Below, one piece after another: positions 35,089-46,355 of a stretch of 64,000 bases of DNA. The notes under the pieces were generated by a model. The model searched no databases. It was not told the origin of the DNA and saw only the letters and a program-made list of their open reading frames with translations. Source of the stretch: Bugula neritina (taxonomy: Eukaryota; Animalia; Bryozoa); the NCBI GenBank assembly GCA_964035545.1, contig OZ037768.1, forward strand, positions 8,960,741 through 9,024,740, written 5' to 3'. Position 1 is the first letter of the stretch. Every line of letters starts with the position of its first letter. A program made the position numbers and the translations under genes.

Positions 35089-38000
35089 ATGTCATCTTCT
35101 AAAGTTGCAAGTGATCCTGTCGTTCCAACTGAAAAAGCAACCTTTGCACTTAGCTGATTTTGGTTCCCAGAGGCCCAGTTTGGCTGCGTCTCTGGTGTAA
35201 TACGAACCAAGGTAGGGTTTACCGGCGGATCGACAGAGTTCCCCACCTACCGAAATCTGTGAGTATTGAATAACTACTTTGTGTGATAGTTGTGAATAGT
35301 TTTATAATGAATGTATTTATAGCTGTTGAATATTAGCCTTGTTTTAGAAAAAGACTACAATGTGATTTCATTTATGCTGCAAGAAAAGCACTAATGATGC
35401 ACACGCATATTATAAATTAGTAAATAATCATGTTTAGTGGTGTGTCTACTGTCTATGCTATCTCATGAATATTGTGATTACCTTTACAATTTGATTGTAT
35501 TGTAGTCATGAAGTATGATTGATCGACTTAATATGCATTTTCCAAATCTATCTAAAAATGTTGTCTTATTTTCTTGTTTTATCCCACTATCTTATTTGTC
35601 TATCACATTCATGTAAACACTGGAGTTCTAATATTGCCTAAAATTTTGGAATTAGATAGATTTTAGCTAAACCTATTGACTTGAGGCTTAATATTCATTA
35701 GTACCACTTTATTTTTCAGAGGCGATCATACTGAGTCTGTTCAGATTGATTATGACCCTAAAGTGACATCCTACGACAAACTTTTAAAGCTCTTCTGGAA
35801 TAATCACGATTCTACTGCCTGTCATACGAGACAATATATGTCTGCTGTTTTTTATCACAATGAAGAACAAAAAGAAGCTGCTGAGAAATCTAAAGAGGTT
35901 CATCAAAAGAAAAAAATGCGCCCAGTTGTTACTAAAATAGTAAAGGCAGAAACTTTCTATGATGCTGAAAAGTAAGACTTACAATTCTGTATTGTTTCAT
36001 TGTCAAAAACACAGGCTACATAACTTGTATAATATGATGAAGGAAGTGGAGTAAGACACTAACTGTTGTACTCTATCATGTGTAGCATTGAAATTCTTGT
36101 TAATTCATTCATACAGCAAGTGAAGCATGCATTGGTGTATGATAGCAGCGACAAAGCAAAAATTTTGCTTTGTCATGATTAGTTAGGCATGAATATTTAT
36201 GACTCACAAACGCCATTCTATGGTCATATCTTTTGCTGTGTTGAAATAACAAATACTAGTTCCTGTAGTTTAGTTGATGCAACATTTCACAATTCAGAGT
36301 AGTTCTTTACTATCTTACTGCCCCATTTAAATTGTGCTTAGCCTCCTATGGGGGTAACCATTCTTTTGCAGCTATTTACTCAAAGGAACCTATTAAATAT
36401 ATTTAATTATCCTCATGTTATACGTACTTCAATTAATATAAGATAATTAGTTCAACTTTTACATGGTTTTTATTGTAGTTATCACCAGAAATATTTGTTG
36501 AGAAATAAAAGAGCGCTGTTGAACAGCTTAGGTCTCAATGACAAGCAAGTCATTACATCACACGTGGCTTGTAGACTGAATGGGTATGTTGGTGGATATG
36601 GTTCAGAGGATCAGTTTGATGAGGTTTGTGCCGTTACATATAGCTGTCATACATAGGGTTAAAATACATTTGTAGTATCAACGAAGTTTTAATTTTCATC
36701 AAACAATTTACTATATATAGGGTCATTCCACGTCAACTCAACCGATGGCCCACGCCTTTGCGTCTCAGATTTTGTTCATATTTACACCAAATGGACCTAC
36801 ACATGTCTTGAGTACTATTCTTGAATATTTCTGGCCTGACACAAAAACTTTTTGAGAAATGACTATTTTCATGAACAAAGGTTGGGAAAAATTTTGAGGA
36901 AAATTTGCGATTTTTACTTTTAGACCAATTTGTAAACGTCCATATCTCAATCATTTTTTTTAGACTGAGCTTTAAAATTTGGTGTGTGATTTGATAAAAC
37001 CTATCAGTTTGCACTAGTAGTAACACATATTGCAGAATACTTTGTGTGCATATATGCTAAGCCATTGAATATTGGCAAATTTTTGTGAATTTTGAAAAAT
37101 TTCGAATATTTGCCACGTCACAAAAAGGCGTTAATTTTTATTTTACTTCTATAAATTTTTATCCATAAATAGTTGATTATGGTGACTTTATACTCCTTAA
37201 TTTGTGTAATTTTGAAAATAATATTTTCCGAGATATAGACACCCAAAGTGAAGAAAATGTGAAAATTCGCCCAACTTCACAAGGATGTAACCCGATGTTT
37301 GAATATGTTAATATTTTTTAAACAAGCATTTTCTGTAACGTCATCTAGTGTATTTTGTAGATTCATAAATTTAAACGTCCTTATATTGTCCAAACTTAAA
37401 ATAAATTGCATGGAAAAATGGTATGTGTACGAAAATCGGCAAAATGCAATTTTTCAATATAATATGTTGGGATCATACAATTTTTATTATTCATATTGTT
37501 CAAAATGTCAAGTAGATACATATATGTCTCCTATATATGTCAAATCTACTGAAGATTATAATAAAATCTGATTTGTGTGTAATAGCATAAGAAAAATTCT
37601 GCCGATATGCATTATATGATATTCCCATTAAGTTTCAGGTAGCAATTGTTATTTCTGTGAGTGAATGGTGTGAAACAGCTGAGATTTTGCTGGAATCAAG
37701 TACATTAAGTAGCTGAAGCAAGGGTGGCTTAAAAAACATGCCCAAATATAACACCGTGGCCCTGAACACAATAGGCCTAATTAATTGAATGACGGTGGTG
37801 TTTAGTACATGCCGGAAATAATTGTGTCTTTTAAAACAGATGTGCCTAAATATAGCAGAATGGCCCTAACCTCGCCCTAATTTGGTCAGTACTGGTTAAA
37901 GAATCAAGTAATTGGCCTCATGCCATGTCTAATGTTCATCCTGAAAAAATTTACAACTCTCTTTTTCATACCTAACTGGAAACAATGGTCTTCCAACTTT

Positions 38001-40593
38001 AATATCTGGTTCAGACAGAATTCCTTTTGCAGTCTTCTGGCTTGCTGTGCAAGGTAGTTGTTGGGTTTTTACATAAGCTGGAAAAGCTTTTCCCTAATAC
38101 ATGATAGCTTTTTACATATCATCTCAGCTATATTATGCTTTTCCATTTTCATTATAGCTAATACACAAAAGCTAACTTTTTTACGGCTATAAAGACCCAG
38201 CAGTTTTTCTCTTATCCAAACTTGCATTTCACACTTGTACTGGCAACTTGTAACTCATGAGATAACCTTTTTTTTACGGTGCTATTTCTTCTGTCTGCTA
38301 CTATAATAAATATTTATTTCTCTAACTTAAAACACAACGATAATTGTTTACTCCAAATTCTATAGATGTCTTATCAATGGTCCAGCTTTCTGGTGCCAAT
38401 GTCAATAACTGGACCTTCTTTTGTCCCAAAGATACTTTCACCTTATTTAAGGAACATATTAATATGTTCAAATCTTTATGATTATTAGGCTTTATACAGG
38501 CATTTGTTGCTTCTGGGTGGAGTTCCTCTCTCTCTATACTTGCAACTGTGGCAACCTTCTTAGCAATGACCTCCTCCACTTGATTCTGTTTTTTCCCCAT
38601 AGTTCACTTTACTGGAAGGGCTAATTTTTGGGGCTCTCCTGGTATAATTCTACTCTTTTGAACTGTAGAAACTGAGAGAAACTGTGCAATATTAATTGCT
38701 TTAAAAAAAGCTGAGCTCTCAGAATACTCTCAAGAAACTAAAAGTGATGCATTTTTTGAAGTTGAGAAGGAAGCACAGACACTAAACACTGGAATGACAG
38801 AATTGGAAGCTTCTCCCGTGAAAGTTGCAAAATTAGCCCATCCAGTAAAGTGAGCTATAGGAAAAGAAAACAAAAGAAAGTGCAGGAGGTCATTACTGAA
38901 AAGGTAGAAACAGTCTTAGGTATAGATGAAGAAGAACTCCACCCAGAAGCAACAAATGTCTGTATATAAAGCGTAGTAATCATAAAGATTTGAACAAATT
39001 AGTATGATCCTTGAATAAGGACGCGGAAGTTTTCTTGTGACTAGAGAGGGTCTAGTTATTGACATTAGCATGAAAAGCTAGACCATCGATAGAACAGCCA
39101 TAGAATTTGGAGCAAACAATTACCTGGCCCAGCAAGCCAGAAAACTGCAAAGGAAATTCTGTTTGAACTAGATGGTAAAGTTGGAAAACCATTCTCTCCA
39201 CATTCAAAAGAAAAAGTTGTAGATTTTTTCAGGATGATGAATATTATTCTTAGCCTGAGCAAATTGCTAACCTGATTAGGGTGAGGTTAGGACCATTCTG
39301 CTATATTTAGACAGGTCTGTTTCAAAAGCCACAATTGTTTTCAGCATGCATTAACCCCCTCGTTGACCTAATTCGGCCTATTGTATTCAGGACCCTGGTG
39401 TTATATTTGGGTATGCTTTTTGAAGCCTTCCTTGCTTCAGCTACTTAATGTACTTGATTCCAGCAAAATTTCAGTTGTTTCACACCATTCACTCACAGAA
39501 ATAACAATTGTTACCTGAAACTTAATGGGAATATCATATAATGCATATCGGCAGAATTTTTCTTATGCTATTACACACAAATCAGATTTTATTATAATCT
39601 TCAGTAGATTTGACATATATAGGAGACATATATGTATCTACTTGACATTTTGAACAATATGAATAATAAAAATTGTATGATCCCAACATATTATATTGAA
39701 AAATTGCATTTTGCCGATTTTCGTACACATACCATTTTTCCATGCAATTTATTTTAAGTTTGGACAATATAAGGACGTTTAAATTTATGAATCTACAAAA
39801 TACACTAGATGACGTTACAGAAAATGCTTGTTTAAAAAATATTAACATATTCAAACATCGGGTTACATCCTTGTGAAGTTGGGCGAATTTTCACATTTTC
39901 TTCACTTTGGGTGTCTATATCTCGGAAAATATTATTTTCAAAATTACACAAATTAAGGAGTATAAAGTCACCATAATCAACTATTTATGGATAAAAATTT
40001 ATAGAAGTAAAATAAAAATTAACGCCTTTTGTGATGTGGCAAATATTCGAAATTTTTCAAAATTCTCAAAAATTTGCCAATATTCAATGACTTAGCATAT
40101 ATGCACACAAAGTATTCTGCAGTATGTGTTATTACTAGTGCAAACTGATAGGTGTTATCAAATCACACACCAAATTTTAAGGCTCAGTCTAGAAAAATAA
40201 TGGAGATATGGACGTTTACAAATTGGTCTAAAAGTAAAAATCGCAAATTTTCCTCAAAATTTTTCCCAACCTTTGTTCATGGAAATAGTCATTTCTCAAA
40301 AAGTTTTTGTGTCAGGCCAGAAATATTCAAGAATAGTACTCAAGACATGTGTAGGTCCATTTGGTGTAAATATGAACAAAATCTGAGACGCAAAGGCGTG
40401 GGACTTTCTGAAATTTGGTTGATTTGACGCGGAATGACCCTATAGGTTTTGGTAATTTTATGCATTACTTTACTGCTTTTTATAACTATCCATAATATTT
40501 ATTCTCTTCACTCAGGATTTGCCAAAGCTTGGTCTGAGTAAAGAACAAGAGGAGTTTGTTAGAAACTGCATTGACCAGGCATACCCTGCATAA
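35089..40593 (+). CDS. msrA: Peptide methionine sulfoxide reductase A, selenocysteine-containing (Sec23), ~214 aa
   Basis: Exons 35089-35258, 35720-35971, 36479-36623, 40516-40593 (645 nt). Translation: MSSSKVASDPVVPTEKATFALS-U-FWFPEAQFGCVSGVIRTKVGFTGGSTEFPTYRNLGDHTESVQIDYDP...QYMSAVFYH...FYDAENYHQKY...RLNGY. TGA at 35155-35157 aligns with the catalytic Cys of the GCFW motif, and a SECIS lies in the 3' UTR. Confidence 0.95.
36720..40440. mobile_element. 3.7-kb palindromic non-autonomous DNA transposon with ~1-kb TIRs (tentatively Sola-like), in the last MsrA intron
   Basis: gggtcattcc...ggaatgaccc flanked by TATA on both sides. The arms 36720-~37720 and ~39430-40440 are near-identical: the same 90-aa ORF appears on opposite strands (37299-37571 / 39582-39854). 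Degenerate transposase-like fragments lie inside (KVQLLTLAPESWTIDKTSIEFGV). Confidence 0.9.
38322..38600 (-). pseudogene. Degenerate N-terminal DNA-transposase-like fragment
   Basis: KKVQLLTLAPESWTIDKTSIEFGVNNY resembles the helix-turn-helix-like N-terminal segment of invertebrate long-TIR transposases. A decayed inverted copy lies at ~38810-39260. Confidence 0.55.
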
Positions 40594-40899
40594 GAACAAT
40601 CAGCTTTCAGTTTTTGCCATCTAAAACAATGAACTTTTTTAAAGCAGCATGTTTGTATTCAATATTATTAATAATTCCATTGATTGGACAAGATAAGCTT
40701 CTGTGAGTATTGAAACAGAAATATTAATCCAAGTTTTAAAGAAAGGTTAATACGTTATAAAATATTTTTGATATATATTTTTATACTGTGTAAGGTATAT
40801 ACATAAGGTTTGCCTACTATACTCACTTGTGGGTTATTCCTTTGCCTATAAAAATTATTACATTTTTAAGCCCCTAGCTCTATTAACAATCCCTGTCAA

Positions 40900-40975
40900 A
40901 ATGTTAAGGCTAATATTAATGACATTATTGTCTTAAAATCTAAAAAGAAAGGACAATAATTGATGAACTTATTCC
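40900..40975 (+). promoter_or_regulatory. SECIS element (type II-like) in the MsrA 3' UTR
   Basis: ATGAC (40919-40923), then an 11-bp helix attattgtctt/aggacaataat (10 Watson-Crick + 1 GU), unpaired AAA at 40935-40937, mini-stem tct/aga, and TGAT (40961-40964). It lies between the stop (40593) and AATAAA (41045-41050). Confidence 0.92.
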
Positions 40976-41221
40976 CTTGATATTTTTATTTGTGATTGTA
41001 TGTAGATGTTACATTGGAAAAATGATTTTTTTATAATTATTTACAATAAAACTCTGTTGCTATTACTCAAACTCATTTTTAAAAGTAGTATATTTTAAAC
41101 ACCATCTTATAGACTTGGAAAATTGGGTACATGTTGCTCAAAATATATTCACATGTGTACACAATTATAGAGAAAATAGGCATGCTGGAAGTTGTAAAAG
41201 TTGATATTATAAAATTGAGTA

Positions 41222-42519
41222 TTACAATGGGTTTGGTGCAACAGATGAAGAAGCTCTAGCTTCTGATCTAATTTTATATAAATTTTGCAGTTTACTCCAA
41301 ACTCCTTGACACATGGCTTGCAGCTTTTCATCTCTAAGCTCATTCTTTGCACGACCATGTATAATTCTAAAACAACAGGCATCTTTCTCTCACTTTTAAA
41401 TAAAACAATGCAAATTCAAACGGTTTAAATCTAGTTACGCAAATATCTTGACCAGAAGCTTCACATTTAATAGAGTTATCATATCAATTACCTCACAATC
41501 TTTTTGGCTTGTTGGAGTTGTCCTCTTTGGATCATACTAAGTGAGTAGTAGAGTCTGCATCTATATTCTAGCCCAATATCTCCAAGTTCAAATGCCAATT
41601 TAAACTGCTTCACAGACAAGTTACCAGCGGTAGCTGCCTTTCAAATATACAAAAAAATAAATCACACTGGATGAGAAAGTTCATATAAAATAATGCTCTC
41701 TAGTCACATATATATAATAGCGAAAATAAAAAACTGAATGGTTATGGTGTATGACTGTATGCTCTCGAAAGCATAGTTTACTGCTTTAAACCAGCAAATG
41801 TATATATGATGGCTTATAACCAATAAATTGCTTGGTGACAACTCACATGCTGTGCTGAGTGTTCACCTAATGCAGAAAAGCCCCCTCCAAGAGTAGAAAG
41901 CCATGCAGCAGCATCTTTCAACAAAGACCATTTATAAGAAAGAAGCTGTAATCTAAAGTCCCTAAAATATATCCAACCAAATACAATGCGAGAATACACA
42001 TGGAAAGCAAGAAAAGTAACATATTTCACCTGAATTATATATATATTTAATTAACAAGTTTTACATTTAGTAATCTCATTTTACATTATTCTGCTATAAA
42101 AATTTTCCAGCTAATGGTTTTATGCAGTGTGCAAAAAATTAGTTTAGAAAAACTTTTTTTATAATGCGTTAGAAGAAATCTCACCATGCGTAATCTATTT
42201 GTGAGTATGTTTCTGTATGGAGCACCAAGTTTAAATGCACAAGGCATGATTTGGATTTTAACTGCTTCAAATTCTTCGCTTTCCAGGCAACATATTGAGC
42301 ATATTTGTTCATAGACACTGCAAAAGTTGAGCTCCGCTGTGAACAGTGTACTAATGCTGAAGCAAGATCACAGCGGGCTGTGAAGCTTTTTGAGTCAACA
42401 AAGCATTTGCAGTGAGGTGATGATGGACACTGATAATTTTTTATATATATAAATTCTGTAGCAACCGGTACTCCAGTGTACGTATATATTTCTATAACAA
42501 GTATGCCAGGAGACTCCAT
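41222..42519 (-). CDS. Uncharacterised conserved protein, DUF4807 / C. elegans F58A4.6-like, ~246 aa
   Basis: Exons 42519-42185, 41961-41847, 41637-41492, 41366-41222 (741 nt). Motifs IDYAW...WLSTLGGGFSALG...AGNLSVKQFKLAFELGD...RCRLYYSLSMIQRG...KLQAMCQGVWSKL. Confidence 0.82.
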
Positions 42520-42715
42520 TACACTTCATCACATTACAATCTACAATAACAGTTACACCATGTACGTCTATAAATGCCCCCAATTATAGTATAATTCTAC
42601 ATTATTCTGTAATGTAAGTTTCTAGAACTACTTAAATGTGATTTGAAAATACTGATAGCAAGCTTGTTAAACATATTGACTACATGCAATAATATAAGCT
42701 TTTTCTTAAAGGTGG

Positions 42716-42825
42716 TAGAGGGACAATTATGATTGACCGCCCTGCCTAGCATCATGTATTTGGACTTGAACCACTGACCTGGTGTTTCACTAGGCCAATG
42801 CTCTAACCGCTGGACCACTGCCTGA
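42716..42825 (-). mobile_element. tRNA-derived SINE fragment
   Basis: The - strand reads gtggtccagcggttagagc...ggttcaagtcc (A/B boxes), followed by sequence resembling the 12897 copy. Confidence 0.55.
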
Positions 42826-44189
42826 TCCCTGAACTACTATTATCACAATTAAAACTAGCCATTTCACTAAATTGGACTAATTATCATTTGTTACTACCAA
42901 TAAATAATAAATAACAATAGATAAACTAAATGTAACATTTATTGCACATATTTCTGCTAAAATTACTTGCTTATTTTACAGTTTGAAAGGTGTATGTAGC
43001 AAATACTTTAGACAAATCACATAACAGCCATGCTTAGAGCTGCTTTCTTTGTTGAAATACAAAAACAATGCCCAAGATCAGAAAACACTTCAGTTATTCA
43101 GTATTTTGTAAAAATTTGCTCCAAAATTTTAAAAAATGACTACCACTATTCTATGAGTAGATCTACTAACTCTGGACAAAATTCATTCTCAGTAATTAAA
43201 ATTCTTGTAATTAACAACCGTTTTCTGTTTTACCTTAATGTTAAGTAATCAAAGATGAAAACTTGTAAGCTACCACAAACAATTAGTATTGTTATTAGTA
43301 ATTTATGTTGCATCACAGTTTTAGATTTATCAATATTCAGTTATCTTCCCTCGCTATGCATACAGCACAACTATAATTCAAGTAATTATAGTTACAGCAA
43401 AAAAATGTATAGCGTAAGAGTGGCCTGTATGACAGCTGTAAACAATATAACAACTAACAAGTATGTGTGGATTAGGGAGAGACTGTACATACAGAGTTTA
43501 TTTGGATACAAGGTTTCTGGACAAACAGAACTTCTTAGAGAGTCAGAGCGACACATATTGATATAGTAATACTAATAGTACTAATAGTTATAGTACCGGG
43601 TATGTAATATTAATACTTAAAAGTTTTAAGTGTAATAGTAATGCTTTTAGTTTTAGTTATTGTCTGAGTTATACTAATACTAATAGTAATACTAATACTA
43701 ACAGTAATAGTAAGTGTAACAGTCATAAGATTAAGTGGTAAGTAAAACTAACAGTAACTGTAAGTGCAACTGTAAGTCATAATGACAACCATTACCAATA
43801 GTCCTAAACCGTAGAGGTAGTCACTTTAAAGAATCAGAATGGTCTGGAACTAACAATCATAATTGGTTTCACTATGGTTGGTCATAGTGAAATTAATTTT
43901 CAGTTTTGCTATCAGCGCGAGCATGATTTAGATTATCAATATCAGTATAACTTAACCAATCACAATGAGAATCAGTATGACTATGACGATCACGATGACA
44001 TCGTGATCGACTAGGTCTAGTAAATAAATAAATATAATACTAATTGCCTAATACTAATAGTATTTTCATTATTTGCAGTAAATATAATACAGTATTATAG
44101 TGAGTATCAACTTGGTACTGTCTTATTATTACTATTTGTTTAATTGGATTGATTCTGACAGTTGATGTAATGAAAGTTCTGAAATGTAA

Positions 44190-44500
44190 CACTGTTTCGC
44201 GACTCTCGGCATGCTTGCATGCACTGTAAACAGTAGCTGTGGGCAAAGGGTTAAAGGGCACGCTGGCCTTGAGTAGTTATGCTATACCTTTGGTTTGCGA
44301 ATCCAAATTTATCATGGTGGGATAACTCTTTAACTAAGATCACTTGTTCAGTGTTCGCCACTTTTTGATTGGCATCGCGCAAAATGTCCGCTAGCCGAAA
44401 CTAAACGCAAAAGTAGGCGTACCCTACTGCAGATGAAAAGGTAAATATACCCCTATGCTTGTAGCGACTCCTGACTTTTAAACCTGTACGCTACGCTTCA
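44190..44500. promoter_or_regulatory. Putative bidirectional promoter region (DUF4807-like / ZC3H10)
   Basis: CpG-rich island between divergent genes; candidate + strand donor aag|gtaaat at ~44440. Confidence 0.45.
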
Positions 44501-45285
44501 ACTAAACGTGTCTAGTCAAATTATTTACATTTACTTTGAGATTTATTTTTAGAGTTTTAGTGAACTGTGAATTACATTGACTATTACTATTGGTATTACA
44601 TTAAGTTTTACAGTATTTTTATGGTAAATATCAATATGATCACCATTATGATTATCATTATCATATTCTTTATCATTATCATTATGATTATCATATTGAC
44701 ATTGATATTCATTATGATTATGCCTTACCCTTACTCTTAGTCTTAGGCTTATGATTTAGTTTTACTCACCATCACTATGACTATGACTATCACTATGAGT
44801 ATGGCTACAAGTATAAGTACTATTGTATAACTTATGAGACTAGAGTTAGAGTAAGTAGAACTAGAACTCTAGAAGTAGAAGTATTAGTATTACTATTATA
44901 ATTATTTAATTTTATTCTGAAGTTAAACTTAAACTTAGAGTAATATAAATATTAGTTAATTTTAGTATACCAAATAATGAAAGTTTCATCCCAGTTAGAC
45001 GCTACGTCTTATTTTGATACAAATAGTAATACATTAGACTTGTAGGTAGCTCCTGACTAATTTTAATTTGCTCCAACTTTTTACAAGTATTGTTAATACT
45101 AATGCTAATAGTAATAGTAATAGTGCAGCGTAGTGGTTTACAGATAATTATATACATTACATAAATAGCTACCAAGCCAGCTATTTGCTTTCAATTCAAT
45201 ACCAAAATACTAAAACAATCTGCAAAGATAATCTCAGTATATATATAGAGGAGGATTCTATCAGTAATCTGAGCGTTTCATCTTA

Positions 45286-45585
45286 GATTAGACAGCAATC
45301 ATCAAGAAGGGCCAAGGGCTTAATCTTTTATACAGAAGCTACAGGCACAAGAAGGGTAGAGCCCATGGATCGAAACAGCGTTGGAGATGTGTGAACGTTG
45401 GCTGCCCTGGCTGTGTGCACACAGAGTCTGGCTCCCAGGTTGGGGACCACCCTCATGTCCTTCACTTTGTGGAGCATAGTCACATGCCAAATGAGGAGCA
45501 AGTTCATGCTTTCAAGATTAAGTCTCAGGTGTGTGAGCTTGCTTCACGGGATCTGCTACAGCCGCTCTGTTCTCTGGTTATTTAA
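45286..45585 (+). pseudogene. FLYWCH zinc-finger fragment, probably a Mutator-type transposase relic
   Basis: Open frame ...LIFLYRSYRHKKGRAHGSKQRWRCVNVGCPGCVHTE...HVLHFVEHSHMP has the Y..W.C....C...H.H FLYWCH pattern. No ATG start and no downstream DDE domain. Confidence 0.65.
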
Positions 45586-46355
45586 ATATACATATATTTC
45601 AATATTAAAATAAATTACACATAAAACACATATATTGTTATCAAAATAGAAACATAGGGTCTAACTGGGAAGCGTCTATCTGGAATGACATCATAATGAC
45701 AGACAGCTTGAGAAAATCATAACCAATGGCTGATGACTAATGTTGTACTACTACTCTAATACCATTAATAGTATAGGTATTAATTAAGTCATACTCAAAG
45801 TCATACTGATGCTTATGCTATTAAATTTAGTATTATGCTCTATTACTATTAGTATTACTTATAGTTATACAGTTATATAGTAATATATTATTTATACTAT
45901 TACTATATAAATAGTATAATTCCTGTTCTGTAAGTAATTGTTCTTTAGCATAACTATAGCTATTAGTAAAACTGTGGTTGTCACTTATGTGCTTTGTCTT
46001 ATTTTATTATTTTGAGATTTATACTGTGGTCGTAGTGCAACTGGTAACGATGCTCACACTCAAAATAATGATGGTCAAGATAATGAATGTCAGTTTGATA
46101 GTTTTTATCAAAGTCTTGGTCATCTGTAGTTATAGTAATAGTTGAATAGATAGTTAAAACACTCCAGGGGTATGTATAATAATGATAACAAAAAGTTTTA
46201 TTCTTTTGGAAATAAGCTGTAGCCATTTGCTTTTCAAATGTAAAGCAGCATATTTTCCAAGTGTTTTCTTTTAGATAATATTACTTATTGTGTGTCTATT
46301 CAACTTACTCTTATTTTTATAACAATTATGATTATTATATTACAAGTGTAGAGTT

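Noticed and set aside
35155-35157. MsrA as a pseudogene with a nonsense mutation
   Set aside because: The only stop falls exactly on the catalytic Cys position, all other exons and splice sites are intact, and a SECIS is present
34989-35246. 85-aa minus-strand ORF
   Set aside because: Antisense shadow of the Sec-containing MsrA exon
37299-39854. Two identical 90-aa ORFs on opposite strands
   Set aside because: By-product of the transposon's inverted repeats; no protein-like motifs
41962-42029. Upstream acceptor at 42029 for the DUF4807-like exon 2, as the ORF track suggests
   Set aside because: Out of phase with the preceding exon (gives an immediate stop); the acceptor at 41961 restores the frame
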